Assembly: GCA_051362555.1 (NCBI GenBank)
Contig: CM120641.1
Location: 38,446,401 to 38,510,400, forward strand
DNA: 64,000 bases
Reading direction: 5' to 3'
DNA from: Lingula anatina
Taxonomy: Eukaryota; Animalia; Brachiopoda
The position numbers and the translations under genes are program-made. The notes under the pieces were generated by a model, which was not told the DNA's origin, ran no database searches, and saw only the letters and a list, made by a program, of their open reading frames with translations. Of this stretch, positions 24,070 to 37,603 are shown piece after piece. Each line of letters begins with the position of its first letter. Position 1 is the stretch's first letter.

Positions 24070-27000
24070 GCACGCACTTCTTTCATTTCTGCAAAACTTC
24101 TAATTGCACTGTATCTGTTTCAAAGTTAAATGAGTATCATTAGAAGCAATTAGAAGCACGTTTCACTATGCATATAAATCAGATACAGTGTTCAACCCCC
24201 TATTTATGTTATATCTGAGTTGTTGATAATTGCAGGCGGTGGTATGCGTTTCTGTGATACCGCACTCGGTTGATTAAATCTAACTTTGCCAAAGTGGCGG
24301 CTCTCGTGCCACGAGTCATGAGACGACTTTCATGACATGGCTTGCGTGACATCAAGGTCGAAGGTCATTCAGGAATGTCTTGATACCAACTGACCACTTA
24401 GGCCCATTCTCTTACGCACCCTCAGTCTACGTGAATCGACCCAACTCTGTGGGGACTCTCGCTGACTGCAATTAACATAACTGAATGACATACGTCACCC
24501 TGGTGTTGAGAAAAATACAGAAAAATTGGTGATTATACTAGAACGTTGGAAACAAAAGGAGGCGTGTCATTCAGTTCAGCTGATTGCACTTAGCGAGTCC
24601 CTGCAGAGTTGGATCGATCCATGTAGGCCGATGGTGTTTATGGGAATGGGGTCTGACACTCACATAACATAGTTGACAACACAGATGACTTGACTGCGGA
24701 CCAAGATTAATTTTATTAACTTGTTTTCTGCTGAATTTCCTAAATTGGGTATACCCCTGGTACATGTGCGGCAACATGGGAGGTTAGAAGATTTCTGTAC
24801 ACAAGCATCTTTTTGTTTGAGAAAAGGCAAAACAGTATGTAAAACTAAAAATAAACCTGTTTTGTTCGAAAGTGATACCTTGATATCTTAACTTGAGAAA
24901 TTTGTCAATCTGTGTAAATCTCAAAGTTGTGTTTCTATAAAATAAAAAAGTATATTTGATATTCACTGTGTATCAATGATAGCATAACTGTTATCATATT
25001 CTCCAGTACCTTCTCTTTTCAGTCTCTAAAGTCAATTTGTATCAAGGACATGATCAAAAGCCAAACAGAAAAGAAAAAAAAGCCACAGGACATGTACCTG
25101 GTACAATCGACACCGGACAGTCCGTTGAAAATCGTGAATCCATTCATTTATTCATGCGGCAAGTTAAAATCCCACTGACTGGATTTTTTTATGGATGGTC
25201 ATGCGTGGTTAGCAGATGACCGAACAGATAAGAACCATTTACCACTGACCTACACCGACATGAATTTCTTTCTTAGATTTATAGAAACATATCAACCGGT
25301 AGATATCAGTTCAAAAAATCTTTACATTTCATTTCCTGCTAAGTTGTGCAATTTACTGTACAAAAATAGTTCGCAACAACGGTATTTTTTTCTCTTTGGG
25401 GTACTGCCATTGGCTTTCATTTAAATGTTTCGAACTTGAGGGGACAGCACATGCGACTCTTGTTGTCTTATATGCCCTTATTTTCTGAATGAACTTCTCC
25501 TCATATTTCAATTTCAAATCTCAAATTTCCCCCCTAAAGTTTACAAGAATATCACATAAACGTTTTTGTGGCCTAAATGCAATTTTTAAGAAGTCCTCTC
25601 AAAAATGATTAAACACGCTGGGAAACGCGCGCGTGTCATAGTGTGTTTTTCTGAATTTTCTGACATCAGGAAAAATTAATGATAATTGTCTGTTATCGCT
25701 TCCAAGCTTTTTAGCGCTGTCTTTATAGATAAAAATTTCCACCAGCTTAGCATTTGGTTAGATGGGTTAGATGGCGCAATGAAGCCTACACGTAAATTGC
25801 AGTATAATTTTCTCGCGAAACGTGCAAAGCAGCACACTGACGGCCATTTTTAATGACAAAACCACTGGTACGGGCTAGTTCTGCGTGACCAAACTAGATA
25901 TGATCGCATCACCATAAGATACCAGATTATACCATGCAAAACTATGGAAACAACAGGAAAACCAACCTTAAGTTGTTTTTTTCTTGATCTTTATTTGACC
26001 TATCACCCAAAGAAGTGTCAGTGATACGCATTTTTCCGCACTTAAATTGGGCTGCCGGATATTAAAGTTAGTATCATTTTTATTGCCTATCATGGACGGT
26101 AATGTATTCTAATGTATTTGTACTTGAAACATATCTTAAGCCGAATCTAAACTGCCTGTTGATAAGTATACCGATAAGTTGAAGCAATCTGATGAAATAA
26201 ACGAATCATGAATTTCGTATAGGAACTTAGAAGATGTGTGTTTGTATGTATTTGACAAAAGAAAGCAAACACGAACTCAAAAAATGAAAAATAGTACACG
26301 AGCTACTCATAGACTTTCGCCGTTTTAAATCTGATTTTACTTGAGTGTGGTCATTTTCATCATCCTAAATGTTGTCATTTTCGGCGTCCTTTCAACTTGA
26401 AGGTAACTGACCATTTTTATTGTACAAATATTCATAAATCTCTGTACTTGTCTTTTAACATTATATATCGCGTGCGCTACATCAGATATGCAACATCTTC
26501 TTTTACTTACTGAATAACAATTCCCCAAATTTATTTGTCTTGTGTCGGAGCCCCATAACTTTGTTGCCGCCTTCTTCAGATCAAAAAAATCAGACAATGA
26601 ATCTATCAATGTTGACCCAAATTTGATATAGTTGTTTCATCGGCGGTCTTGCACTTATTTCCGGGTCCTGTGCTTTTTCTATAATTCTTGAATATTGTCT
26701 TGAAAACAAGACACAGGAAAATTGGTTTTTGGTGCATCATATAATCAGATTGGAACATGTTGAAAATATTGCCCCATGGATTTAACAAACATGTCGTGCT
26801 GTTGAAACACTGTTCGTCCATTGTGTTTTTTCTCTCTTGCGTTTTCGTCAACAGTTCACTGCACGTTTTTTTTTTTTTTTCATGAGCGTACTCATGCGTG
26901 TAAAATAACTCATATGCATCATTTATTTGGAGGATGGAGGAGAAATAAAGAACTAAAGTATTGATGGGTAGAAATAGACCCTTATTACACATATTTATTA

Positions 27001-30000
27001 TTGTTGAAGAATCAAGCGGTTCAAACCCATGCTTTACTAACGAAAATAATAGACCGGGTACATATAAGATCGACTTTCAACCCTCTGCCTCAAATCCTGC
27101 CATCTATTTTCAGTAATATTGTTCCTTTGTTCCAAAATCACATGTTTTTAACAATGAGGTCACTATCGAAGGTACGAAATAACGCATTGGCTTAAATCGA
27201 TTAAACATAAAAAAAGTAGATTTCTCCTGAAAACCGGAGTGACAAGTCTTCTATTTATCTATTCATTTGTTTGTCGGTTTACTTTTTGCCACTGTTAAAA
27301 TATATTAACTCAATTCCCGTTACAACCCTTGCAAAGTGACACTTAAGCTATATATTTACGAAATAATTTATTTCTTTGAGCACACACTTTTTTCGTCAAA
27401 TTTTTATCGAAATTCCTGTTTCGATTTGTGATGGCAACTCGTAAATAAGAAAGGTTTAGATATGATTGCTTTTGATAAGGGCTCAGAAGAATGTACTTTA
27501 ATAAGGAAATCCCCTTACTGTGATATTTTTACGTAAAGGGTTACAAGTCAAGAATTATACACAAAATGACAAATATGACCCTCCAATAAAAGATCTTAAC
27601 AGAGGTTGTAAAGGTGTCTCTTACCCTAGACCTCTATAATTTGCCATGCTTTAATTTAATTTAGTAATTTGCCACGGTATTAAATATATTTAATCAACTA
27701 CCAACATTTCATTTGGTTTGCCCTATTCGGTTATTAAGCCAATTAAATGTAATGAAACAAGACGAACTCTTTAAACGTGTAATTTTTAATTACATAAAAT
27801 GCTAGATAGAACAAAGTATAAGAATCTATTCTTGAGAATTGTTATGTCGTAGTAAGTCTAAAAGATATATATATATATATACTGTAAATATATGCTTTAA
27901 ATGGGATATATATGTGTGTTTTAAATGTGATAAAAATTAAAAGCGGCAGAACGCAAGATCGTTCAAAATAAAGTACTATAATACTTGCAGAGATCAAGTC
28001 CTGCTTAGAAGTACAAACGTGTTTATTTTATTTTGTCATAAATATCTATTTAAATCAAGCTTAAAGATATGATATATGCCTTTAAAGAAAAATTATCCGT
28101 ATAAAGATTTTAAGACTAATGATGGCAATCAAAATTGGCATGTTTTACACATTCTTTTTGCACTAACGTTTGCGCCTGTCACCAATCACGCAGATCTCGC
28201 ACACTATATAACGTCATAATCGTGAAGTATTTCCTGTTATTATTTCTGTTGCGCATGAACCGATATTGTGTTTGGGTCTTCAGCACGGTTCGCTGTGCTG
28301 ACTGTAGGACAGTATGCAGTTGGTTAAATAATTGGCTAACTGGTGCAACCGCCGCGGCACAATTGCCATCACCATATATCATGCCCTATTGTTGCGTGCT
28401 GCCGTATAGCGTCTGAAGTTGGCTGGATTAGAGTTGGCATTACCGAGTCACATTTTTAGGACGGCCTATCTATCAAAAAAGTAAACATGTTTCAATTACT
28501 CGCGCTGATGACAGGGCTCAAGCCATCCGGCAATTTGCGACATGTATTTTCACGCGTTCGGGGCACGCAAGACCGGTAGCAAAATTTAATAGACGATGAA
28601 CGCTTGAGTGATTTTACGTTTCTGGGCATCGGTTGGATAATCCATCCTTAGCATTCTTGTTGAATCAGTGCGTTTCCTTAATAGTCGGAAAAAGCTTTGT
28701 CTTATACATGGTTCGTCCGTTGAAATTTAAAAAAAAATATGTAGCCTACAGTATTAACAAGGGAGTAGCAGGTGTTAATGGAAGTCGCCCAAATCTGACC
28801 CACCACAGGTCCGCAGGAAGAGATGTAAAATCAACACCCCCTCTCCCCGTGAGGCAGGATCTTGACTACTCCATAAAGTCTCTCCAACAAAGCTAATTTG
28901 GGAATTTAGAAATAAGGCAACTGCCTTGGCTGTCTCAAATTAGCTACGGTCATCCTAAAAAGCGCAAGAGCTAGATAGCCTACGTTGCTATAGGCCTACA
29001 CTTTGTTTCTAAAAATCAAGCGACCTTGACATTCTTATAATGGATTGGGCAATATAATGCACTTATCTTAAGTTACGTTTTGGTGACATAGTCATTAGAT
29101 ATTTAGGAAATAATGCGTTTTTTATTCAGGCAGCAAAGAAAAATATTCTGATGTAAAAAAAGGGTCGTTCATTGGATCTTGGCGTTAAAGTATTCAAGTA
29201 ACGAATTTTCCTGGCATCAGTAGGCCTACATTAAGGGGATTTGTACCTTGATAAGTAGACACAAAACTGTTACCACCCACAAATGATGAATAAAATACAT
29301 GTATTATCATACATCATTCGTAGATTAGACTTTTCTAAAATTCTATTTGCTTAAAAAAGCTTTTTGGAATAACATTCACTTTTATGGTTTTTTTGTCCAT
29401 CAGTTATTATTAGTCATCAATATAAACTGTGCGAATTAGTTTTATCAATAAAAACATGCATATGGAATTATTAAAGCATAAAGTAAAATTCCCGCTTCAT
29501 GAAATCTACGAAACGTTTATTAACACTCCGATAATAAGCTTATAAAAGAGGATACTCGGTTTCAAAAAGAAATCTTGTAACAGTTTGACTTACATCACAC
29601 TTCCACTGAGAGAGGCGATTACTGACTAAGAAGTAGTTTTTATCTGGACATTTTCGCGAATATGACCAGGTTTTCTTTTCAAGACGTTTGTTACTTATAT
29701 GTGCTGATATTTGTTGCACATTTTTTTGCTTTTTTTTTCCACAGTGAAATCGCCGTGATTATGACTTGATGCGCCTTTCGGATCATTGTTCCTTTATTTA
29801 TTTTTCAGCACCAAAAGCTTTGGTTTTTACTTGATTGAATGCTTTTAAAATCTGGGTATTGCACCATTGCTGAAACGAGAGAGAGAGAGAGAGAGATGAA
29901 TCTTCCAGACCTACAGCGAGCTTATATTAGTCGTAGATACTAATGTGCCTTTTAGCTGTTGGAGGCCATACTTTGAAATAGTCACTAAAACCTATATTTC

Positions 30001-30595
30001 ACACTATAGTGACAAAAATAATTTGGTGATATAAATAAGTACCTAATAAGATGAAAAGAAAATTGCCATTTAATAAGTCCCGATGAGGACGTGGTAATTG
30101 TACGGCCTGCAGTCAGGCATTCTACTAGTTGTGAATCTTTTTAACTGTGTTTTATTGTGTGTGGTGTCAAATGATGTTACTGCTGAACTAAACTATTCCC
30201 ACAGAAGCCCCTCAGGATTTTATAATTCTATTTTTATCAAGGTACTCTTGGACTATCAAATCGCAATAAAAAAAACAGATAATTTCTTCATGTTTCACCT
30301 GAATGGTTAACAATCCGTTCAATGCGGTTTTTTATGCTCGAATATTAATGTTATGTTATTCAATATTTTTAACTTTGATAAGTGACAGAATGCAGATGAA
30401 TCTAACGCACTCTTCTTTCGTGTTAAAATAAGTATGTCTGCATCTCGTCGACGTTATCTTTTAACATTTTTTATCATGTCTAGAAAGGAGACAAAATTAA
30501 CGGTATTGTCTTAAATAATGCTTTAATGCCCAAAATCCATTGCAAGTTGCATATGTTGCCAGTGCTACAGTGCCAGTCAACAAGCTATGTTATAC

Positions 30596-30599
<4 letters not shown>

Positions 30600-30629
<30 letters not shown>
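30600..30629. repeat. (GA)n microsatellite
   Basis: Direct run. Confidence 0.9.
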
Positions 30630-33550
30630 CGGGGGAGTAGGGGTAACAAATGTGACTGACCTACGGCTCGCTATTTTTTCTTTTTTTTCGGATATCATAC
30701 AGAAACGCAATTAAGAGTATTTGTATTAACAGTCATGTACAAACATTTTGTCATTTTATGTGAAAAATGAAAGAGTTACCTTAAGAATTGCTCATTTTAT
30801 TTCTACAATTGTCCATGTATACAAAAGTTACCTGAATTGTGTCAATACATTGGCAAGCACAAATAAAACATTTAACAAAACTCATGTTTATCCTACATGT
30901 ATGTAGGGTTGAAACGAATGGTTCTACGATCCGCATAGATACTCGTCAAGTAAACGCATAAATTACACGAAATTGAATACAAACAGTGTTTTTCTATTGA
31001 AACAGACCACTTTCAGGAATTCCTGCAAACATAGGGTTGAAAAAAAGCAGTCATTATACTGCATTTATTAAAAATGTAATTTGTCTTATCTAGACGACAG
31101 TCTACTAAAATAATCGTTTCAATTTTCGTAATTGGTGGAAGCATTTTCTGAAAAATGGCCTTTTTAAGTGCCCTTTCAATTACAACATGCACAGCGAATA
31201 ATCGTTTTCCATTTTACTTGCGTTTGACTTGATTATATACAGCCCAGAAGGGCTTTCACAACATCAACCCCTTAACATAAATTCAATACAATAGTTATTC
31301 CTTTGAACAATACAACAAATCGGTTTAATGAACTTCCTTGATAAAACCAAACAACAAGGAAAACAGTTAGCAGTTCTAAATTTAAGATTTGAAGTTAGTC
31401 ATTTGATTAGTTAGTCAGTTGGTTACATGCATGTCATAGAAGGTTTTGAGGTTTTTGTAATATCTTCCTTAATAAAGAAAATAAGATATGGACGTTGTTC
31501 AGTGGCGAAATGCATACTATACACATTTCAAAAGGGCATATCTTTATGACTAAATATCCTGCAAAGCTATTTCTCCTCATTCAGACCATAAAAACGTTTT
31601 TAAAAACCCTCAAATAAAATATGTTGACATTTCCTTGTGAAATGTCAGGAAGACATGGTGGTTTTAATGACTCATTATTGGTTTAGAAATAAGTTACATA
31701 ATTCGAAGTAGAGCCACATAATAAATCCAAATGCAGGGCGGGTGCAGCAATGAATAGGAAAAAATGCGTGTTTTCCGAGGAAAGATGGACTTGCAGCGAA
31801 AAAACCGAACAGAATACTTTTATAATAAGAAGGTGAAGTGTGTTAGGTGAGACCGTATCTCAACCGACTCTATCATCATTTTCATGGACGAGATCAATAC
31901 CTTCTTTTATTTAGTTTCTATTTCCCACGATTCTGACATTTGAGAAGTTTGATAATTGTAAGCTTACTGTAAGCTTGCGTTAATTCGACATTCTCTGTGA
32001 GGATTACAGCACATTCCAGTAGTGCCGTTTTACGCAGCTTTTCGTGTATTATCATGGTTTAAACAAATTAAATTGAAAACGCATCTATACCAATAATTAC
32101 TCCGGAACTTACATTTATTGAATAGCAGTACATGAAACACATTTATTCCTTTTAAACATTACACTGAAATTGACCCCAAAAAAGTTTTTTTTTTTTTTTA
32201 TATATATTAAACTCTTGATAAAATTTTTTTTTAAGCGTTTTTAAGCTGAAACATGATCACGCATCAAATTTCATCGATATTTTTTAAGAATGCACACAAG
32301 TCTTAAGCTCAGGTGCTTTATATCAATTATTGTTGATTTTAGTAGATGCGTTTTCAATTCATTTAATTTTTTTTAATAAGATAAACACAGTGATCATAAT
32401 GAATTCTTTTCATGATTTGAAAACGGATCCATTTATATCACATACCAAAACAAATAGTATTACTCAGTATAATGTTTATTCATAATTATATTCCAGACTG
32501 AGCTGGTTAGAGTATAGCACGAAATAATACATATTTATACATATTACACTAACAGTGACACAAATATACAATTTATCAAAATTTTAATTTCTAGTTAACT
32601 GAAACAATCCTTGGCATGAAAGAATTATTCAGAATTGTTATTGGATGGAAGATAAATAAACGATATATTGCTTATCAATCTTTGTATTTGCCAATATTAC
32701 TTCACTAAGAACATTAATCACAACTAATATAAAGAATCCTAGTGTCTACATTAGCCAAAAAGATACATTCCAGCAGACAGCAATTTTTTACAGTAAATTA
32801 TACACATTGCTACTCAGTATACATAAAAATTAATTCAGGAACTGTACTCATAATTATGATAATATCTTTTACAAAAGTAATGGAGTTCCCCCCCCCCCCC
32901 TAAGTTTAATAACAACAAAATAAAACATACAGTTAAAAGGCTGATATTTGAAAAAATCCAAAGGAAATCTTTAATGCAATACATCAATTCCCATTCACTC
33001 CTTATTTTTTTTTACCTGATTATCCAGCCAAATCTTATTTTCCTAGAGAAAGAGAGATCAATTTCTCTCCTCCCCATTAATTATTGCTGCACCAGTGCCT
33101 ACATTTGGATTCAAGATTCTTATTTTTTCTAATTAAATAATGCAGTTCTTAACAAATCACAAATAACTTCTTGAAATGTCTTCCTGACATTTCAGAGGGA
33201 AATATCGGCATCATGTACTTTGGTTAGGGGGTTTATCGTTTCTAAGATCTGAAGTGGAAAAGGAAGTAAGTCTGCAGGAAATAAACATAAAGATGCGTAA
33301 AGAATATTAAACTATCCTAGTTTTCTGCAACATTTGAAAATGTAACACAGTGACATTTTCAATGAAAGCGAATTGCACTTCACATTCTAATTCCTCATAA
33401 AAAAACATAGTATAATTCAACAAATTTACACACAATAGCTTCCACAACATGGTATTGTCTTCAGCACATAGATTTTTGAGTTTATGGCTTTTAATAAAAT
33501 TTTCTTCTTTCAGGCTGCAGCAGATAATCTTTCTGGCTGTTTTTGTCATA

Positions 33551-34070
33551 CTAGGCAGTGTTCAAAGTTAGAAGCAGTGTCACTACATGTAACAACTTCT
33601 TTCATGGCAGACTCTACCAATGTTTGACTGACAGAGTCAGCCACAGTGTTGGCAAGGAAGGGAGATATCATCCAGTAATGAGGCAGCCTGGGCATCGAGT
33701 TTCTGGCATCACCTTTTGCAGCCTGTATCCAGTCGATAATAATTTTCAGTTTGGATGGGGCATCGTTCCATGAATGCTACTAAGTGGACTTAGGCACAAT
33801 TTGTGTCTAAATCATAAAGAATCTAGGCAGTCTTCAGTAGTGTACAAAATTAGGAGTTGTGTATCTCAAAACTTACAACTTCTTTCATGGAGGATTCTAC
33901 CAATGTTTGAACAACAGACGCATCCCAGTCTTGGCAATGGAGATGTCATCCAGTGATGGGGCAGCCAGAGCATTGAGTTTCTTTCATCGCATTTTGCAGC
34001 CTATATCCAGTCGATAATAATTTTCAGTTAGGCTGGGGCATCGTTCCATGCATGCCACTAAGTGCACTTA
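33551..34070. repeat. Diverged tandem duplication, about 275 bp x2, downstream of the caspase-8 stop
   Basis: CTAGGCAGT...ACAACT.CTTTCATGG...TCTACCAATGTTTGA...TATCCAGTCGATAATAATTTTCAGTT...GGGGCATCGTTCCATG.ATGC.ACTAAGTG.ACTTA occurs twice (offsets 272-278 bp). Confidence 0.85.
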
Positions 34071-34094
34071 TTAGAACAAGATGAGTCTAAGGGT

Positions 34095-34290
34095 GCATTC
34101 CCAGAGATTTAGATCAATCCAGAGATTAAGATTTAGATCTACCCAACTCCCTGGGGGTTCAAGCTAAATTGCAGTTAGCCGAGCGCGCACCAGTAGGCAG
34201 GACAGACATTTAAGCTGGCTAAGCTGACAGTAATCTAGTGAGACTCCCCACAGGGATAGATCGATCTAAAATCTATGGAAATGGAGTCTT
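34095..34290. mobile_element. Short palindromic MITE-like repeat, family X copy 1
   Basis: Shares AACTCCCTGG..TTCA.GCTAAATTGC, GTAGGC..GACAGACATTTAAGC...AAGCTGACAG.AATCTAG.GAGACTCCCC...GATAGATCGATCTAAA with 36395-36615, and more loosely with 57535-57750. Confidence 0.65.
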
Positions 34291-34558
34291 AATCACTCTG
34301 AGAGATTCAGCACTACCTGATTACCATTTTGCCTTTGTAACGTAAATACTAATACCATTTTGATGACAAGAAGTACATGTATGATTTCTAAAAAAACTAG
34401 TCGGTGGAAATATTCAACACTTACATACCTTAACACAAAACAAATCCTGTAAGATCATTTGATTCATTTTCTCAAAGGAAGAGGTGTATTGTATAAAGAA
34501 TAAACATTTGTCTTCCAAATTTTAGGGTTCCATTGATTTCAAGAGATTTCTATTAAAG

Positions 34559-36034
34559 CTATGTAAAAAATATGCGTTTCCTCAAGGTGAACATTGGAGC
34601 AGGACTCTGCTTATATCTGCCATCTCGAAGTTCTGCATTTGCCTTCCCAACCTCTTCATTTACACGCGTCATTATGCTAACAAGGTCATACCTAGGTCAT
34701 AAGAAAAAATAAATCATATTTTCTGCATATTTAGAATCTATGTATTTTGTACATGATTAAGCTTACTTTTTCTCTTTCAAAATCAATACATTTTTTCATA
34801 TTTTACATTATGATAATTTTAAAAGACTTGTCTTAAAATGTGTTTACAAAACGAGTGATTTTTCTAAAATTAAACTACCTCTGCCTATAGAAAAAAGCTG
34901 TAAAATACATAAAATTCAACAAATCAAAATGAAAAGCATCATAAATATATTTACCTTTCTCCATATCTATCCAGCATTTCCACCAGTTTTGTGATGTACC
35001 ATGAGCCATGGGTCCTGCTCCTGTAGGAAACAAAGCCTGGGATGGTGGCATAGCCCATCAGGAAGTCCGCCTCATTAGGAATGGTCTCCTGTTCACCGGG
35101 GGCATCCTCTTCCACCTGCTGCCTGCCTGGCATGGCACTATCCATTTCCAGCGGAGACCCTGATAGCAGGCAGACCAACAGACATTTGTACTGAGGTTAT
35201 GTAACTGGCTTTTTATGGCAATTTGAGCATTTTACAAGATTTTACAGAACAACAAAGTGTCATGAGAACTATGTATAAAGCTGGTACTGGAACATATGTA
35301 AGCAACTGACCAACATCAGGGACGGATCCAGACATATTTTCTGACAGTCTTCCAAATTATCTTTATTGGTCCATCCTTCATTTTTGACCGTCTTCCGACA
35401 AAAAAAAATTAGATAACCGTCAATGTAAACTTGAAAATCTGACCGTCTTCCGGAAGACTCAAAAGACGGCCTCAATCCGCCCCTGAACATTATGGTCTCA
35501 ACCTGGGACATTTCGCTAGGTAATGACCTGGATGGACTGGTCACTTGATCTATTGTCATATGGCATAAGTAACAGTCTCCACCGCCCCATCCCATATGTG
35601 CTCAAAGTTTAACTCCAGGCCTCCTTTCTTGTTGAGTTTTGGGCTTTCTGCCTACTCCCAGATAGCTTCTTTGATGTCATGTTTCTATTCTAAAGACTAT
35701 TGCTAGTCTTATGACAATAGATCAGGTGACTAGTTGGCTGTCAGTTAGATTGGTCATTTGCTAATGTAAGTTACACTATGATCAGAGTTATACACAGTTC
35801 TCATTCTAATTCTACTCGAAGACTCAAAACATTCACTCATTCAGCAAAGCTTTATCCTACCTTCCTGCTTGTCTTTGCCTTGGCAAGCCTGGATAAAGAA
35901 GAGTTTTGGTTTGCCTGCTAATGAGGTGCACAGATTGGCCTTAAAACAGTTGGTAATATCCTTGATTAGCACCAGCCTTCCATTTACACCATACACACTC
36001 CCTGGGCAAAGAAAATTTGGTGATTAATAAAAAG

Positions 36035-36122
<88 letters not shown>

Positions 36123-37563
36123 AATAAGTAATACTCTAAAACAAAATATTAGTTATATTTAATATGGATTTAATGATGCCGCAACTTAACATTTTGATAT
36201 TCTAAATGTCACCTTATGATCACCATGCTTTGCTCAGGCTCAATGGAAGTTGACCAAAAAGAGATAATTTCTTAAATTAAAGAAAATGTATTAAAATGGA
36301 TAACAGCAAAAATTTGAAATACAGGGTACCATGTTATTACTAGAATGTGCTCCAATACCAATACCTTTTTTGAATACTGTGAAGACAATGACTGGATTCC
36401 CAAAAATTTAGACCAATCTATCTGGATCAACTTAACTCCCTGGTGTTCACGCTAAATTGCTGTCAGGTTCTGGGAGCCGAGCATGCACAAAAGTTAATTA
36501 CCCCTTTACAGCTTTTAGTAGGCGAGACAGACATTTAAGCCAGTTAAGCTGACAGCAATCTAGAGAGACTCCCCAGGAGGATAGATCGATCTAAATATCT
36601 GTGGGAATGGTCTCAAAGATACACTTACCTAATTGACCATGACTGAGGATGCAGCAAACAAAACAGTCATAAGTGCTGTGGTCAATGTTGTAAGCAGCAT
36701 CAACCATGGTTCTTGTTATTTCTTGGTCTGTTAGGTCTTTATACACTTTTACTGTGAATTTCAGCTTGCTAAACACATAATGCAGATTACCTGGTGAGAG
36801 AAATCAAAATATATTTCTTGTGTCAAAACTGAACATAAGGCATAAGAAAGCATACTAGTGTACATATAGTACATTCACCTGTTACTGACAGTAATCATTG
36901 CCAAGTACACATTATTATATATAATTACCATAGCACATTATAACAATTGTACAAATACCATAAGCAATATGTAAATTGGTACTTTTTGAGAACATCTTTT
37001 ACAATATTCTTGTAGGGTAGAATTTTGCAGTTACTGTAAAGATTCCTACCACAGTCAACATCTGTGCCTGTTCTATCAGGCATCTTCTTGCTGGCTTGGT
37101 CACCTTCAATTTTATAAAATTTCTCATTATTGATGATGAAGCACATACCTGTAAAACAAAAAAATATATATATGTATGTAGTATAAAAAACCACACAAAA
37201 CAAAATACCCCATCCAAATATAATACAATCTTGTAGGGAAATGGAATTCCATTTCTGTAAATAAAAATAAAATCACTCAGCAATATATATTTTTTACAGA
37301 TTTTCATATTATTGAAAATAACTTACTTCTATTGATGCAGATATTCAAGCTAAAATCATTTCATCTATCAAGGTAGCTATATTAATGTGCATGTAAGATT
37401 AAAACAGCGAACAGAAACCAAATTCCACTGATATTCCATCTAAATCTCACCCCTTGGATTACTGTCCATTTTATAGGAAGGTAAGTCCATGTGATCATCT
37501 CGTATTGTAATCCTTTCAAGCCTCTGTGCAACATGTTGTGCATCTAAAAAAATGTAACAATAA

Positions 37564-37603
<40 letters not shown>

